Origin: Minisyncoccota bacterium
GTDB lineage: Bacteria > Patescibacteriota > Minisyncoccia > Phycocordibacterales > UBA2100
Assembly: GCA_043780835.1 (NCBI GenBank)
Contig: JAYWCB010000013.1
Location: 13,512-77,511, forward strand
DNA length: 64,000 nt
Direction: 5' to 3'
The notes below the pieces were generated by a model. That model had not been told where the DNA came from. It made no database searches and saw only the letters and a list, made by a program, of their open reading frames with translations. Numbering within the stretch: position 1 is the stretch's first letter; each line of letters starts with the position of its first letter. Below are positions 47,843 through 58,320 of the stretch, in pieces. Made by a program: the position numbers and the translations under genes.

Positions 47843-48633
47843 CGTCGAGCGTAAATAAATTTGTACGGCACTGGTGCGCGCGAGACTTTGAATCCTTTTT
47901 GTGCGAGGAGCACGTCGAGTTCCTCGGGTTGATGACTTTCGACACGGTGCCACTGCAAAAGTACCGAATCGATCTTTGAGAACATCTCATCAGTGAGTCC
48001 GCCGAGTATCTCGTATTCCGCACCTTCGCAATTCATTTTCAAAATACTGCATCGCTCAATACCATACGCATCGAATAGTTCTTTCATGGTCATGCACGGC
48101 ACCGAAATACCTTCGTTCAGATCACGTCCCGCGCGTTTAAACAATGAGCTTGATACGCCACCACCTTCGTCGAGGAAGAGGAGTCGTTCGCTGCTCGAGT
48201 TGGCGACCGCTTTTTCAATGCATACGATACGGCTTTCCAACGCGTTTGCGGCGACGCTTTTTTGCAGATAGGTAAATACTGCAGGATTCGGCTCAAGGGC
48301 AAATATACGGGCCCTCGGGGCTTTGAGGGCAGCGTAGACTGCGTATGTACCGATGTGTGCCCCAACGTCGATCACAACTGGATCTGCTATGTTCGCGATC
48401 TCACCGAGGTCTCCGTATACTTTGTCACTCCAGACAGCCGTGAGGTCGTCGATGCCCCATCCGCGCTTGTCCGCAACATAGACGGGACCCTGCCGGAGTT
48501 TCAGGTACGTGTCGCCGGAAAACGCAGAGATACGGAATTTTTGTAAAAACATCTGCGGCCAATTGCTGAGCAAGTTCCACGTGCGTATGAACCAGTGGAC
48601 ATGCATCTGTACGGTCAGGAGGATCTTTTTCAT
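47839..48633 (-). CDS. FkbM-family methyltransferase
   Basis: IDVGAHIG, LEPNP, LKMNCEGAE. Confidence 0.9.
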   Translation of the reverse strand: MKKILLTVQMHVHWFIRTWNLLSNWPQMFLQKFRISAFSGDTYLKLRQGPVYVADKRGWGIDDLTAVWSDKVYGDLGEIANIADPVVIDVGAHIGTYAVYAALKAPRARIFALEPNPAVFTYLQKSVAANALESRIVCIEKAVANSSSERLLFLDEGGGVSSSLFKRAGRDLNEGISVPCMTMKELFDAYGIERCSILKMNCEGAEYEILGGLTDEMFSKIDSVLLQWHRVESHQPEELDVLLAQKGFKVSRAPVPYKFIYARR

Positions 48634-49466
48634 ACGGTTTTTGTTATGCTAAAGAGTTTCAAGAACATCACGCGCGTGGCAAGCCATGTCGTAACAATGA
48701 GATACTTGAAACGCCAGAGCTCGTACGAGACGGGGAGTTTATTGCCACGTGAAATCAGACGAACACGTAAGAATCGAATCGTAAAAAGTACGAGCTGCGC
48801 ACTTGTGTGAAAGACGGCGTAGATCCATTTACGGGGTGTGATTGATGCATGGTAATGGCGGCGATCCCAATCAAGTGCGCGCTGCAAGCGCTTTCCGTCA
48901 AAATCCTGGTAGGTGTCGAACATTGGCACATACATCACGTTTTTCATGATACCGACGGGTTCTCCCGGATGAATGACAACACGCTCGTGCGTCATTTTTG
49001 TGTAGCCTCCAATCGCGTCGCGTCGAAAGAGCCGGATTTGCCGGTTTGGGTACGTGATGGTGTCGTCGATTATTTTTCCCTGCCAGATGTACTTGCGGGG
49101 AATTTTGTAGATGCGGTATGGAGGATTCGGATCCGCCACAATCGCGCGAATTTCCTCGATCGCCTCGGGCGATAGAAATTCATCGGAGTCGAGCCTGAAA
49201 TGCCAATCCTCGAGAGAGGCATTCACACAGGTTGTGCGTGCGACTCCGAAGTCGGTAATCTTTTGGTGCGGTTCGTCGGTTTCTACTTGCTTTGTTATTC
49301 GTGCACCATGAGCTCGGGCTATATCTTGAGTGCCGTCGGTTGAGTTACCGTCACAGATAAATTTGTCCGAAAATGCGGCGACACTCTCCAATGCGCGGGG
49401 CAGGTCATGTGCGCTATTGAGCGTAAGGATGCCTATCGAAGCCCTGATCTTCTCCGTTTGTCCCAT
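48630..49466 (-). CDS. GT2 glycosyltransferase (WaaE/KdtX-like)
   Basis: ILTLNS, DGNSTDGT, LDSDE, HE. Confidence 0.9.
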   Translation of the reverse strand: MGQTEKIRASIGILTLNSAHDLPRALESVAAFSDKFICDGNSTDGTQDIARAHGARITKQVETDEPHQKITDFGVARTTCVNASLEDWHFRLDSDEFLSPEAIEEIRAIVADPNPPYRIYKIPRKYIWQGKIIDDTITYPNRQIRLFRRDAIGGYTKMTHERVVIHPGEPVGIMKNVMYVPMFDTYQDFDGKRLQRALDWDRRHYHASITPRKWIYAVFHTSAQLVLFTIRFLRVRLISRGNKLPVSYELWRFKYLIVTTWLATRVMFLKLFSITKTV

Positions 49467-49506
49467 AGCGTAAAGCATCATACTATGCTCGGTATAGAAA
49501 AGGTCT

Positions 49507-49893
49507 ATGGATGTTAAACAGAGACACGAAAACAGTAGATGGGGACATCAGACGCAGTATTTGGAATTCCGGCATCAGGAGACGCTCGGCGCACTAAAGG
49601 CGGTTGGTCACCTCTACGCGAATACGCCGAATTTTAATGCGGTCGGCAATCGGCTGCGTGTTGTGTGGGGAATGGTGCCGTGGCAGAAGCGACACAGCAA
49701 AGGGTACGTGTATTGGATGAATGTAGCTGTGTTCAGTAAACTCGTTCTCGACGCCGACTTTGAAAGCGAAGAATTTAAATCCCTTGACTATCGCCGTGGG
49801 AAATCTTTCGCGGCATTTTTTGATTCGCTCGCACAAAAATGGCCTGCTCTGTTTGCGCTCTCATTCTTTATACGCTCGCGGTCTCGCATATAG
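49507..49893 (+). pseudogene. Internally deleted paralog of the 52269 methyltransferase
   Basis: N- and C-terminal parts align to 52269..52931; the LDIGCG SAM-binding core is missing. Confidence 0.8.
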
Positions 49894-49902
49894 TATTTCA
49901 CA

Positions 49903-50376
49903 ATGTACTATCCTTTCACTATGTTTTTTCGATTGTGGATCCGTATTTCAACCATCATGCGAACAATATATTGGAGTCGTGCGTTCGGTTCGTGCGGAGC
50001 AGGTTTGAAAATTTACGGGCGTATTACTGCATTTCCCACTGCACACGTGCATGTCGGCGCACGTGTTTCAATAAACGATCTCGTCATTTTGAATGCCCGC
50101 GATCACATTACAATCGGTGATGACGTGAGTATCTCCCCGGGAGTAATCATTAATACCGGAGGTCTCGATTACACGGCTCCCAGAGGCCATCGTGGCCACA
50201 AAAAAGCGCCGGTTGTAATTAAAGATGGCGTATGGATCTGTTCAGGTGCGGTCATCAATCCAGGCGTCACCATAGGAGAAGACGCCGTGGTTGCTGCTGG
50301 TGCAGTCGTTACAAAAGATGTAGAGGCTCGAACGGTTGTTGCTGGTGTTCCTGCACGTTTCATCAAGTCGCTATAG
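49903..50376 (+). CDS. Hexapeptide-repeat (LbH) sugar O-acetyltransferase
   Basis: IGDDVSI, APVVIKDGVWI, AGAVVTKDV, AGVPAR. Confidence 0.9.
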   Translation: MYYPFTMFFRLWIRISTIMRTIYWSRAFGSCGAGLKIYGRITAFPTAHVHVGARVSINDLVILNARDHITIGDDVSISPGVIINTGGLDYTAPRGHRGHKKAPVVIKDGVWICSGAVINPGVTIGEDAVVAAGAVVTKDVEARTVVAGVPARFIKSL

Positions 50377-50622
50377 CAACGGCGATACTCTCTCATACTG
50401 ACTAGGTATTTTTTGGCAGCTTGCCCTTAAAGAATAACCGGTATCATTATTCTTAAGATGTTTTCTTCAACGCAAAGAAAGAAGTGTTTACGAGAAAGTT
50501 CTTGGCATAGCGCTTAGGGAGCAGCCACCACAATACGGTGATTTAAATATGAGTAGCTGCGGTAAGCCGGTTCATGTAGCACCTATCATTAAACAGTGCT
50601 TAAGATGCCTGTAGATGATAAA

Positions 50623-50653
50623 AGCACCACTGGCAACTACTGCCAGCGGTGCT
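50623..50653. terminator. Hairpin terminator
   Basis: AGCACCACTGGCA/TGCCAGCGGTGCT. Confidence 0.6.
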
Positions 50654-50677
50654 CCATATCTTTTCAAACTCCTCTCG

Positions 50678-52048
50678 TTAGAGAGTTTGGTGCGAAATCA
50701 CGATGTCATCCCACCATCCTGTTACGATACCGCCAAAGCCGTTATCATTTATTCCTAACCACAAGGCTGTAATTCCAGTTTCCACATATGAAGCCACTTG
50801 CCATGAGCTCCATGCGCCGCCACCGACTCGTGCTCGTGCTCGACTATTCGTGTAGTCGAATTGAACATCCACTGAATATACCGTGTTTGGTGTAAACGGG
50901 GTAAGGTTCTGCACGCCCGTTCCGGACGCAAACCGGACTTCATTCGAGCCAGGGTCTAAACTGACGTTCCATGTAAACGGGTAGACTCCGTCACTTCCTT
51001 GGAATATGACAAAAATACCTTTGTTATCTGAGTTGCTCGCTTCTTTCATTTTAAAACTGATGATGTCACCGTCAGTATGCGAATCAATCAATCGTTTAAT
51101 GGCTAGATTTTTTTGTATTGTCGTTACCGTATTGCTTGCAGTTACGCTCTCGAGCCCGGAAATTGCATTTGAAGTCGCAAGAAATCCAGCTGTTTCGCTT
51201 GTGCTGAAGTTATTACCGAACACTGCTCCGTCCACATTTGACCACGGCCCGAGCCATCCCGTACCGCCGTTTGCGCCGTTCAAATTCTGTCCATTCGAAT
51301 AACTCTCGAAGTTTTCAGCAACCGGTGTGATCGCGCGAATTACAATTTGTTGCGATACCCAGTTCAAGCTCTTATTACTATTGATTGCACTCGATACGGT
51401 GCCGCTTGGTCCTGCAACCGCCTGTGTGGCATTAAATGACGCAATGGAAGGTCCAAACGGCGCATTGCTCGTATCGTATTTCCTCGTCATCCCGGTGGGG
51501 GGAAAGAAATAATTCCCTGCAGTTCCCGCTTTGCCTGCAGTCACCGCGAACACGGAAACGATTGTACTACTTGCGACCACGCTGGTTACAGATGGAGAGG
51601 TCGCGACTGTTCCGTTTCCTATACTGCTGGTTGCGGCGTCGATCGGATTATTAGTATCTACGTTATTGTATGGTGTGATCCCGCCTTGCATGGTCGTTTG
51701 ATTATCCACCTGCCATAAGTAGCTACTCGGTTCCTGTCCCGTAGCAATTTTCTTATATGTGATCAGGCTTACGTTCGTATCGTTGTCGGTTCGAATTACC
51801 TGTGTCCAACCGGCTGGTGCCGTTGTCGTTGCAGATGAACCGCCGTTTATTGCGATACTGGCTAACATAAGCGTACCGGTTGAAACTCCGGTAGGTTTTG
51901 CGAGCGTAAGCTGTGTGAAAGTTACGTCGTTAGAGGATCCCGTTGTTGCGGCTCCTGAAATAATGTCCGCGACAGCAATTGAGCCGACGAAAATTGATGC
52001 AGCGAACGAAGCGAGGAGAACGAGCCGTCCGCCCTTGTGAATGGTCAT
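50678..52048 (-). CDS. Secreted Thr/Ser-rich beta-sandwich surface protein
   Basis: Signal peptide; APAGWT, EPSSY; GGTGW domain. Confidence 0.8.
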   Translation of the reverse strand: MTIHKGGRLVLLASFAASIFVGSIAVADIISGAATTGSSNDVTFTQLTLAKPTGVSTGTLMLASIAINGGSSATTTAPAGWTQVIRTDNDTNVSLITYKKIATGQEPSSYLWQVDNQTTMQGGITPYNNVDTNNPIDAATSSIGNGTVATSPSVTSVVASSTIVSVFAVTAGKAGTAGNYFFPPTGMTRKYDTSNAPFGPSIASFNATQAVAGPSGTVSSAINSNKSLNWVSQQIVIRAITPVAENFESYSNGQNLNGANGGTGWLGPWSNVDGAVFGNNFSTSETAGFLATSNAISGLESVTASNTVTTIQKNLAIKRLIDSHTDGDIISFKMKEASNSDNKGIFVIFQGSDGVYPFTWNVSLDPGSNEVRFASGTGVQNLTPFTPNTVYSVDVQFDYTNSRARARVGGGAWSSWQVASYVETGITALWLGINDNGFGGIVTGWWDDIVISHQTL

Positions 52049-52268
52049 ATTGAGATAACTAAACTTCTAATAGTATGAAGTGTAGCCTGTCAAAATATAT
52101 GCAGAACACCGCATATAAAATAGTTTTGTGGGGAAAAGCGGGGGATAAGCTTCAGATCATCCTATCGCTATCACCTGAAATTACGTGACCTGAAGGGTTA
52201 GATACAAGTATTTTGCTGTTTGGACCATCGCGTAAAACATCATACTATGGTGCGTACGCAGACGCTCT

Positions 52269-52931
52269 ATGGGAGATAAACAACAGCATGAAAACGATCG
52301 GTGGAAAAACCAGGATCAATATATTGAATTTTGGCATCAACACACATTGCAGCGAATACAAAGCGGCAGTGTGCTCGATATCGGATGCGGCGATGGCTTG
52401 CTTCAGTCTGAACTGTCAAAGAAAGGCGTTACGGATACCATCGGAGTCGATGTATCAGAAAGCGGAATAGAAAAAGTTCGTGCCAAAGGATTTAAAGCAG
52501 CTTTGGCTGACACGACCGATTTCAGGAATATTCCTGAACTCAGAGGTAAGACGTTTGATCACGTTGCGGTGCTCGAGGTGCTGGAGCACGTGTTTGATCC
52601 CGCTGCAGTACTTACCGGGATCCGTGCCGTGCTCAAAGACGACGGTCACCTCTACGCAAGCACGCCCAATTTCAATGCAATCGGAGATCGAATACGTGTG
52701 ATACGAGGAATGGTGCCGTGGCAGAAGAAACACGGCAAAGGGCACGTGTACTGGATGAATGTGGCTGTGTTTAAGGACCTTATCCAGGATGCCGGATTCG
52801 ATATTGTGGAATTTCGTTCATTAGGTTACCGCCGCGGGAAATCATTTGCCAGCCTATTTGATCAACTCGCACAGGCGTGGCCAACAATGTTTGCGCTTTC
52901 ATTCTTTGTACACGCGAGGCCAAAAAATTAA
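52269..52931 (+). CDS. Class I SAM-dependent methyltransferase
   Basis: VLDIGCGDG, EVLEHV, STPN. Confidence 0.9.
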   Translation: MGDKQQHENDRWKNQDQYIEFWHQHTLQRIQSGSVLDIGCGDGLLQSELSKKGVTDTIGVDVSESGIEKVRAKGFKAALADTTDFRNIPELRGKTFDHVAVLEVLEHVFDPAAVLTGIRAVLKDDGHLYASTPNFNAIGDRIRVIRGMVPWQKKHGKGHVYWMNVAVFKDLIQDAGFDIVEFRSLGYRRGKSFASLFDQLAQAWPTMFALSFFVHARPKN

Positions 52932-52990
52932 CGCGAACGTGAGTGGTTGCCTTGTCTGCCTAATCCCGCATACTGCGCGAATATCTGTGT

Positions 52991-54103
52991 ATGGACACTG
53001 CAGTAAAAAAACGAATCATAATACTTTTTGCTGGGCGCTTTCCGAGTGAAAAAGCGGCGGCCCTGTTTGTTGATTTGAATGCGCGATCGCTCGTGGACGC
53101 CGGTGCAGATGTAATAGTCCTTGCGCCTCGGCGGCTTGGACGACATCGCATGGAACAGGTCCCGTATTCACTCGTATTCTTGCCGACGCTTGATTTGTCG
53201 CATATCCCGATCCTGTGGAACATCGCAAATTACATTACCGTCGCCGTGTATTCAAAAGTGCTCTTTTTTTGGTTGCTTTTGAAATCGAACAAGTCAGACG
53301 TCATTATTTCAAATGATGTGGTGCCGCTTCTCGTTGCATCACTTATCCGGAAAAATCTGATGTATGAGATGCATGATTTCCCGGATCGTGCACGCACGAT
53401 GTACGGTATCCTTTTCAGGCGGGTGCGGTGGATTCTTGCCACAAACGAGTGGAAGGCAAAAGAAATTCAACGGAAATTTGCCGTAGATACGAAGAAGATC
53501 TTTGTAGAGCGAAACGCCGTGGATATTTCTGCATTCGGGCAGATGACCCGCCACGAAGCTCGTGAGAAGCTCGGGCTCGACGGGAATGCACGGTTTGCGG
53601 TTTATACCGGGCACCTATACGAATGGAAGGGCGCAGACACGCTTGCCCAGGCCGCGAAAGATGTCCCAGACGTCACGGTTGTTTTTGTGGGTGGAACCGA
53701 TTCCGACGTCGCACGCTTTCGGACGACATATAGCGATATTCTAAATATAAAAATTATCGGACACGTACCACACGAAAATATACCAATCTGGCAGTCTGCT
53801 GCAGATGTGCTCGTATTGCCGAATTCCGGCAAAGAAGAAATATCGGTACATTACACTTCGCCGATGAAGCTGTTTGAATACATGGCGAGTGCTCGTCCTA
53901 TTGTGGCGTCTGATCTACCCTCGATTCGAGAGATCTTACCGACCGATGCGGGGTATTTTGCCATATCTGATAATCCCGAGTCCTTTGCATCCGAGATATA
54001 CGCGGCGCTATCTGATTCAACGCGAGCGTCTCGTGCCCGGGACGTCGTTGTGGAATATTCTTGGAGCAAACGAGCGCAGCGTATACTGAGCCGATTCATA
54101 TGA
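52991..54103 (+). CDS. GT4 glycosyltransferase
   Basis: YTGHLYEWKG, TSPMKLFEYMA. Confidence 0.92.
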   Translation: MDTAVKKRIIILFAGRFPSEKAAALFVDLNARSLVDAGADVIVLAPRRLGRHRMEQVPYSLVFLPTLDLSHIPILWNIANYITVAVYSKVLFFWLLLKSNKSDVIISNDVVPLLVASLIRKNLMYEMHDFPDRARTMYGILFRRVRWILATNEWKAKEIQRKFAVDTKKIFVERNAVDISAFGQMTRHEAREKLGLDGNARFAVYTGHLYEWKGADTLAQAAKDVPDVTVVFVGGTDSDVARFRTTYSDILNIKIIGHVPHENIPIWQSAADVLVLPNSGKEEISVHYTSPMKLFEYMASARPIVASDLPSIREILPTDAGYFAISDNPESFASEIYAALSDSTRASRARDVVVEYSWSKRAQRILSRFI

Positions 54104-55470
54104 ATGTTGTATCGACAGTGGGGCGAGGAGTGGCGTGGAATAGTGCCTCCGCGATTGTCGGCAAGGCTCTCATGTTCACCAATGTGTTAATCATTCTCAC
54201 GTTTGTATCTGTATACGAATATGGGTTTTCCGAGCTCGTATTGTCAGTCATCTCCATGATCGGTATCGTGCTTCTTCCCGGTCTTACGAGCACGCTTATT
54301 GCTGATATGTCAGTAGAGAGAGGGCGAGAGAATTATACACATCTCAATGAGCTTTTTTTCCATCAATTATTACTCAATATAGTTCTGGGTGTCTGTTCGT
54401 GGGCATTCCTATTCTTTCTTTCAAATCCTGTTGCCGCACTTGCGGGTAATCCGTATGCCGCACAATTTCTACAAATTGCGTCATTTTTATTCTTAATTTC
54501 ACCATTTCGTACTAGTGGTCAAACGCTTGCCGCGGTCATGTTGCGATTTTTCGATCAGTCGTTTTATGGTGTTATAGAAGAAGTGTGTAAGCTCATTATT
54601 TTGCTTATATGTGTGGTTTGGTTATCAATGGGTATTCATGGACTCATGTATGCCATAGTGTTTTCTCAACTCGCTGGGGTTATTATTTTCGCTCCGCGCA
54701 CATACTCTGCCTACCGGCTCTTTGCGGCGTATCCGTCCAATGATTGGTTTCGATTTTGGGATATCGTACGAGGTCACCGTACCTGGAGCGTTGGTACATC
54801 TTACATTGGCACATTTACTCAAAATGCCCGAATCTGGATCATCAAATTCTTCCTTGGGACCGAGGCTGTCGCGCTGTTCTCATTTGCATACGGTTTGTTC
54901 TCACACATTGTGTCTCTTTTTCCGCTGACGACCGTACTCGCGCCGATCATCCCGCGGTACATTGAAAGACGTGATCAAATGGCGCGAATTTTGCGTGCCG
55001 CTCTCAAAATTCAACTTGTAGTTGCGATCGCATTTGTGATAGGGAGTTATATCTTCGGCTATCTGTTTGTTTCACTTTTCTTTCCGAAATATATTGCTGC
55101 GGTCCCGCTACTCTATGTGATTCTGCTTGGAACTATTTCCAATAGTGCAATCGCACTTTTTACTCCGGTCTTTGCTGCGTTTAAAGACCAGAGATCATTT
55201 CTGTTTTCCAATGTATTTAAGACCTTCTTAATGCTCGTCCTGCTTCCGTTGATGATTATGGCATTTGGTATTGTCGGTATCGGCGTGGAAATCGTCCTTA
55301 CGACATTCATCAACGGTATCGAACGCTACTTCCGACTCCGTCGCATTCTGCCGGAATTTACTCTTCAATTCCGTGAGTTATTTCGTTCAGATGAGTACGA
55401 GAGCGAGGCGATGCGAACAGTATTGAACACATTGCAATCAAGTATTGCTCGAATTTACCCGAGAAATTAG
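54100..55470 (+). CDS. Wzx-like oligosaccharide flippase
   Basis: About 12 TM segments, EYG motif, inside glycan cluster. Confidence 0.82.
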   Translation: MNVVSTVGRGVAWNSASAIVGKALMFTNVLIILTFVSVYEYGFSELVLSVISMIGIVLLPGLTSTLIADMSVERGRENYTHLNELFFHQLLLNIVLGVCSWAFLFFLSNPVAALAGNPYAAQFLQIASFLFLISPFRTSGQTLAAVMLRFFDQSFYGVIEEVCKLIILLICVVWLSMGIHGLMYAIVFSQLAGVIIFAPRTYSAYRLFAAYPSNDWFRFWDIVRGHRTWSVGTSYIGTFTQNARIWIIKFFLGTEAVALFSFAYGLFSHIVSLFPLTTVLAPIIPRYIERRDQMARILRAALKIQLVVAIAFVIGSYIFGYLFVSLFFPKYIAAVPLLYVILLGTISNSAIALFTPVFAAFKDQRSFLFSNVFKTFLMLVLLPLMIMAFGIVGIGVEIVLTTFINGIERYFRLRRILPEFTLQFRELFRSDEYESEAMRTVLNTLQSSIARIYPRN

Positions 55471-55471
55471 A

Positions 55472-56143
55472 TTAGTTTTCTGCGCGTGCCGCAAAACCGT
55501 ACCCCTCCGTGTATTTCGGGATCGACGGTGAAGTAATGAGAAAGCGAATGACGCGCATTTCCGCACGCCTCCATACGCGGATGATATTGAGGAGTACTCC
55601 GGAGAGAGCTCCTGCTTTCGCCGCATGACCAAAGAATTTCAGTTCCGCCGTGTTATACGTATCGGTCAAACGACCGAGCGGAACCACTCGTACATGTGTA
55701 AATCCTGCTTCCGTAAGGAGTCGCTCCAACTGGAAGTGCGTATAGCGATTGAAGTCGTAGGGTTCCTGGTGTTCCTGAACAAGAAACGGAACGGTGCCGA
55801 AAATGTACCCGCCGTTTCGTACGATACGTCGACTTTCCTTCAAGAGAGGCAAGGGATCGGGAATATGTTCAAGTGTATTAGAAAGTGTGATGATATCCGC
55901 GCTTCCGTCATCAAGCGGAATGCCTTTGGTAAGATCGGTCACGATTGAAACGTCGGGAAATGCCACAAAATCGACACCCGTGTATTTGAACAGTTTGAAA
56001 ATATCCCGGAACTGCAGGGGGCCGGCGCCTAAATCGACGAGCTCAAGATCCACCGGGAGTGATAGTAATTCATGCGCGTAAAAATCATAATTCGCATTAC
56101 GCCATTCGCTCCAGAAGGGATTCATGCTGCGCGACTCGTTCAT
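55472..56143 (-). CDS. SAM-dependent methyltransferase
   Basis: VDLGAG, TLEHIPDP, HQEPYDFNRYT. Confidence 0.88.
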   Translation of the reverse strand: MNESRSMNPFWSEWRNANYDFYAHELLSLPVDLELVDLGAGPLQFRDIFKLFKYTGVDFVAFPDVSIVTDLTKGIPLDDGSADIITLSNTLEHIPDPLPLLKESRRIVRNGGYIFGTVPFLVQEHQEPYDFNRYTHFQLERLLTEAGFTHVRVVPLGRLTDTYNTAELKFFGHAAKAGALSGVLLNIIRVWRRAEMRVIRFLITSPSIPKYTEGYGFAARAEN

Positions 56144-56215
56144 CCGCGTAACTATACAGTACGACGGCGCGGTAGCGAATGGTTACATACCAGTCGCGTG
56201 TATAATCAGTAATGT

Positions 56216-57595
56216 ATGAAATCGGCCCTGCTCCTCATGCGCGAGGAAATGCCACTATTGGCAGGAATTATCGCACTTGCAATCGCATTTCGGCTCTGCA
56301 TACTTGCCGCGCTGGTGCATTTCAACGGATATGATTCTCTGCTGCTCGGAGACAGCGTTCACTATCTTCGGCTCGCGGAGCACATGCGCGACGGCATTGG
56401 CTACGTATATGAGGGTGTGACTGAGACATACCGTGCCCCGGGATACCCGGCATTTCTTTATGTGTTTGTTGTCACCGGCGTACCGCTCATCGCCGCTTCT
56501 CTTGTGCAGATAATTATGTCCTCGCTCATACCACCCGGCGCATACCTTCTCATGCGGCGACTCAGCGTTCCGCGGGCCTGGAGTATTGGCGCCGCACTGT
56601 TTCTCGCAATTGAACCGGTGCTCGCATTTTATAGCGTTGTCTTGATGCCTGACGTGTTTTTCTCGATACTCACGCTGGTGGCTGCGTGGTGTGCAGTGCG
56701 GTGGTGTGAAGAGGGTGCGGTCAAATGGGCGGTTTCTGCGGGATTGAGTTGTGGAGTGGCTAATTATTTGCGACCCGCAGATTTATATTTGCCGATAGCA
56801 TTCTTCTTGGGTGGACTTATGGTGCTCGCGGTTCGACGTACAATCACTCCGCGCGCAGTGTTCGTGCTCGCGATGGTGCCGTTTTTTTCGTTTCTCGTAA
56901 TGGCACCGTGGTCCTTGAGGAATCTGTATCTTTTCAATACGACAGAGTTTGTTTCAGCGAAAGCGTCGAATCTCTATAAATACGGCGCGGGAGCAACGCT
57001 CGCGACTGCTGAACATCGCGATCTCAACCTGGTGATTCACGACCTGAACGCAAAAGCCGAAGCGGAAGCACCGAATCCGCACTTGAATACGTTCGAGGAC
57101 GAAGATTACCTCCTGCGTGAGTCTAAAAAAATCATCTTTGCTCACCCGTTCGACTACTTGAAAACGTATCTCCTCGGGCTGAATGGATTCTGGTTTTCCG
57201 GTAATTATCACAGTCTGCTCGCGAGTTACGGAATGATTTCGGCTGAACATCGCAGCGTGTCGTACTCACTCATTTTTGCGCAGGAAGGAATCAGTGGACT
57301 TGTACACGCCGTACTCCAGACCCTCGACGTGTATGTGTTGATCGCGCTCTTCGGTAAAGCCCTTTGGTTTGTTCTCACCGCGTTCGCGCTTGGCGGCTTC
57401 TGGATTTTGCGTCGGCGCCCGGAAGTATGGGTGAGCGCACTGCTGAGTGCATATTTTTCGGCTACGCTCCTCTCGACGACGATTGGTGTAGAGGCGCGTC
57501 ATCGCTTCGCACTTATTCCGCTCGTAAGCGTGTTTGCATTCGCGGCGATGGCTACTGTATACCGACACTTTACGCGCGCAAAACGCGTCCTATGA
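56216..57595 (+). CDS. GT-C (ArnT/PMT-like) membrane glycosyltransferase
   Basis: DSVHY, RAPGYP, LRP, many TM segments. Confidence 0.82.
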   Translation: MKSALLLMREEMPLLAGIIALAIAFRLCILAALVHFNGYDSLLLGDSVHYLRLAEHMRDGIGYVYEGVTETYRAPGYPAFLYVFVVTGVPLIAASLVQIIMSSLIPPGAYLLMRRLSVPRAWSIGAALFLAIEPVLAFYSVVLMPDVFFSILTLVAAWCAVRWCEEGAVKWAVSAGLSCGVANYLRPADLYLPIAFFLGGLMVLAVRRTITPRAVFVLAMVPFFSFLVMAPWSLRNLYLFNTTEFVSAKASNLYKYGAGATLATAEHRDLNLVIHDLNAKAEAEAPNPHLNTFEDEDYLLRESKKIIFAHPFDYLKTYLLGLNGFWFSGNYHSLLASYGMISAEHRSVSYSLIFAQEGISGLVHAVLQTLDVYVLIALFGKALWFVLTAFALGGFWILRRRPEVWVSALLSAYFSATLLSTTIGVEARHRFALIPLVSVFAFAAMATVYRHFTRAKRVL

Positions 57596-58320
57596 CAGAG
57601 CAGCGGTCCACTCCGAATCTGTCAGTCGTGATCCTCTGTTATCGGGCCGGAGAGCTCGCTCGAACCGTAGTCTCACGTATGCAGCAATCACTTGATGATG
57701 CAGCGATTTCGTACGAACTCGTCCTTGTCGGCAACTACGATGAGGAGCGGTCAGATTCCGATACCACGCCGGGCGTCGTACGCGACATTGCCGCACACGA
57801 TAATCGCATCATTGCACTGACCGAAATCAAGAAGGGCATGTTCGGCTGGGACGTACGTAGCGGATTGCGCACCGCACAGGGAAACATTGTTGCGTTCATC
57901 GACGGGGATGCTCAAAATCCGGTGGAAGACGTTCTCAGATTGTACAAGGCGATGCAGGCGGAGGGGACGGATATGGCACAGACGTACCGCGTCACGCGAC
58001 ATGATGGCGCGCGGAGAATTTTAATCTCACGCATTTTCAACGCATTTTCGCGTCTGCTTTTCCCTCGTATAAAAATAGTGGATATCAATTCAAAACCAAA
58101 ACTTTTCAGACGAGCAGTGCTGGAGAAACTCGATTTGCATTCTGATGACTGGTTCATCGATGCGGAGATCGCCATCCAGGCGACTCGACACTCTTTCACC
58201 GTCACGCAGCTTCCGACGGTGTTCTTAAAAAACGAACACCGTTCGTCATTCGTGCAACTCAGAACGCTCGCTGAGTTTGTATATCATCTCCTTCGTTATC
58301 GTTTCACCGGGCGCGTATAG
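57592..58320 (+). CDS. GT2 polyprenol-phosphate glycosyltransferase
   Basis: LSVVI, FIDGDAQ, DINSKPKLF. Confidence 0.88.
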   Translation: MTEQRSTPNLSVVILCYRAGELARTVVSRMQQSLDDAAISYELVLVGNYDEERSDSDTTPGVVRDIAAHDNRIIALTEIKKGMFGWDVRSGLRTAQGNIVAFIDGDAQNPVEDVLRLYKAMQAEGTDMAQTYRVTRHDGARRILISRIFNAFSRLLFPRIKIVDINSKPKLFRRAVLEKLDLHSDDWFIDAEIAIQATRHSFTVTQLPTVFLKNEHRSSFVQLRTLAEFVYHLLRYRFTGRV

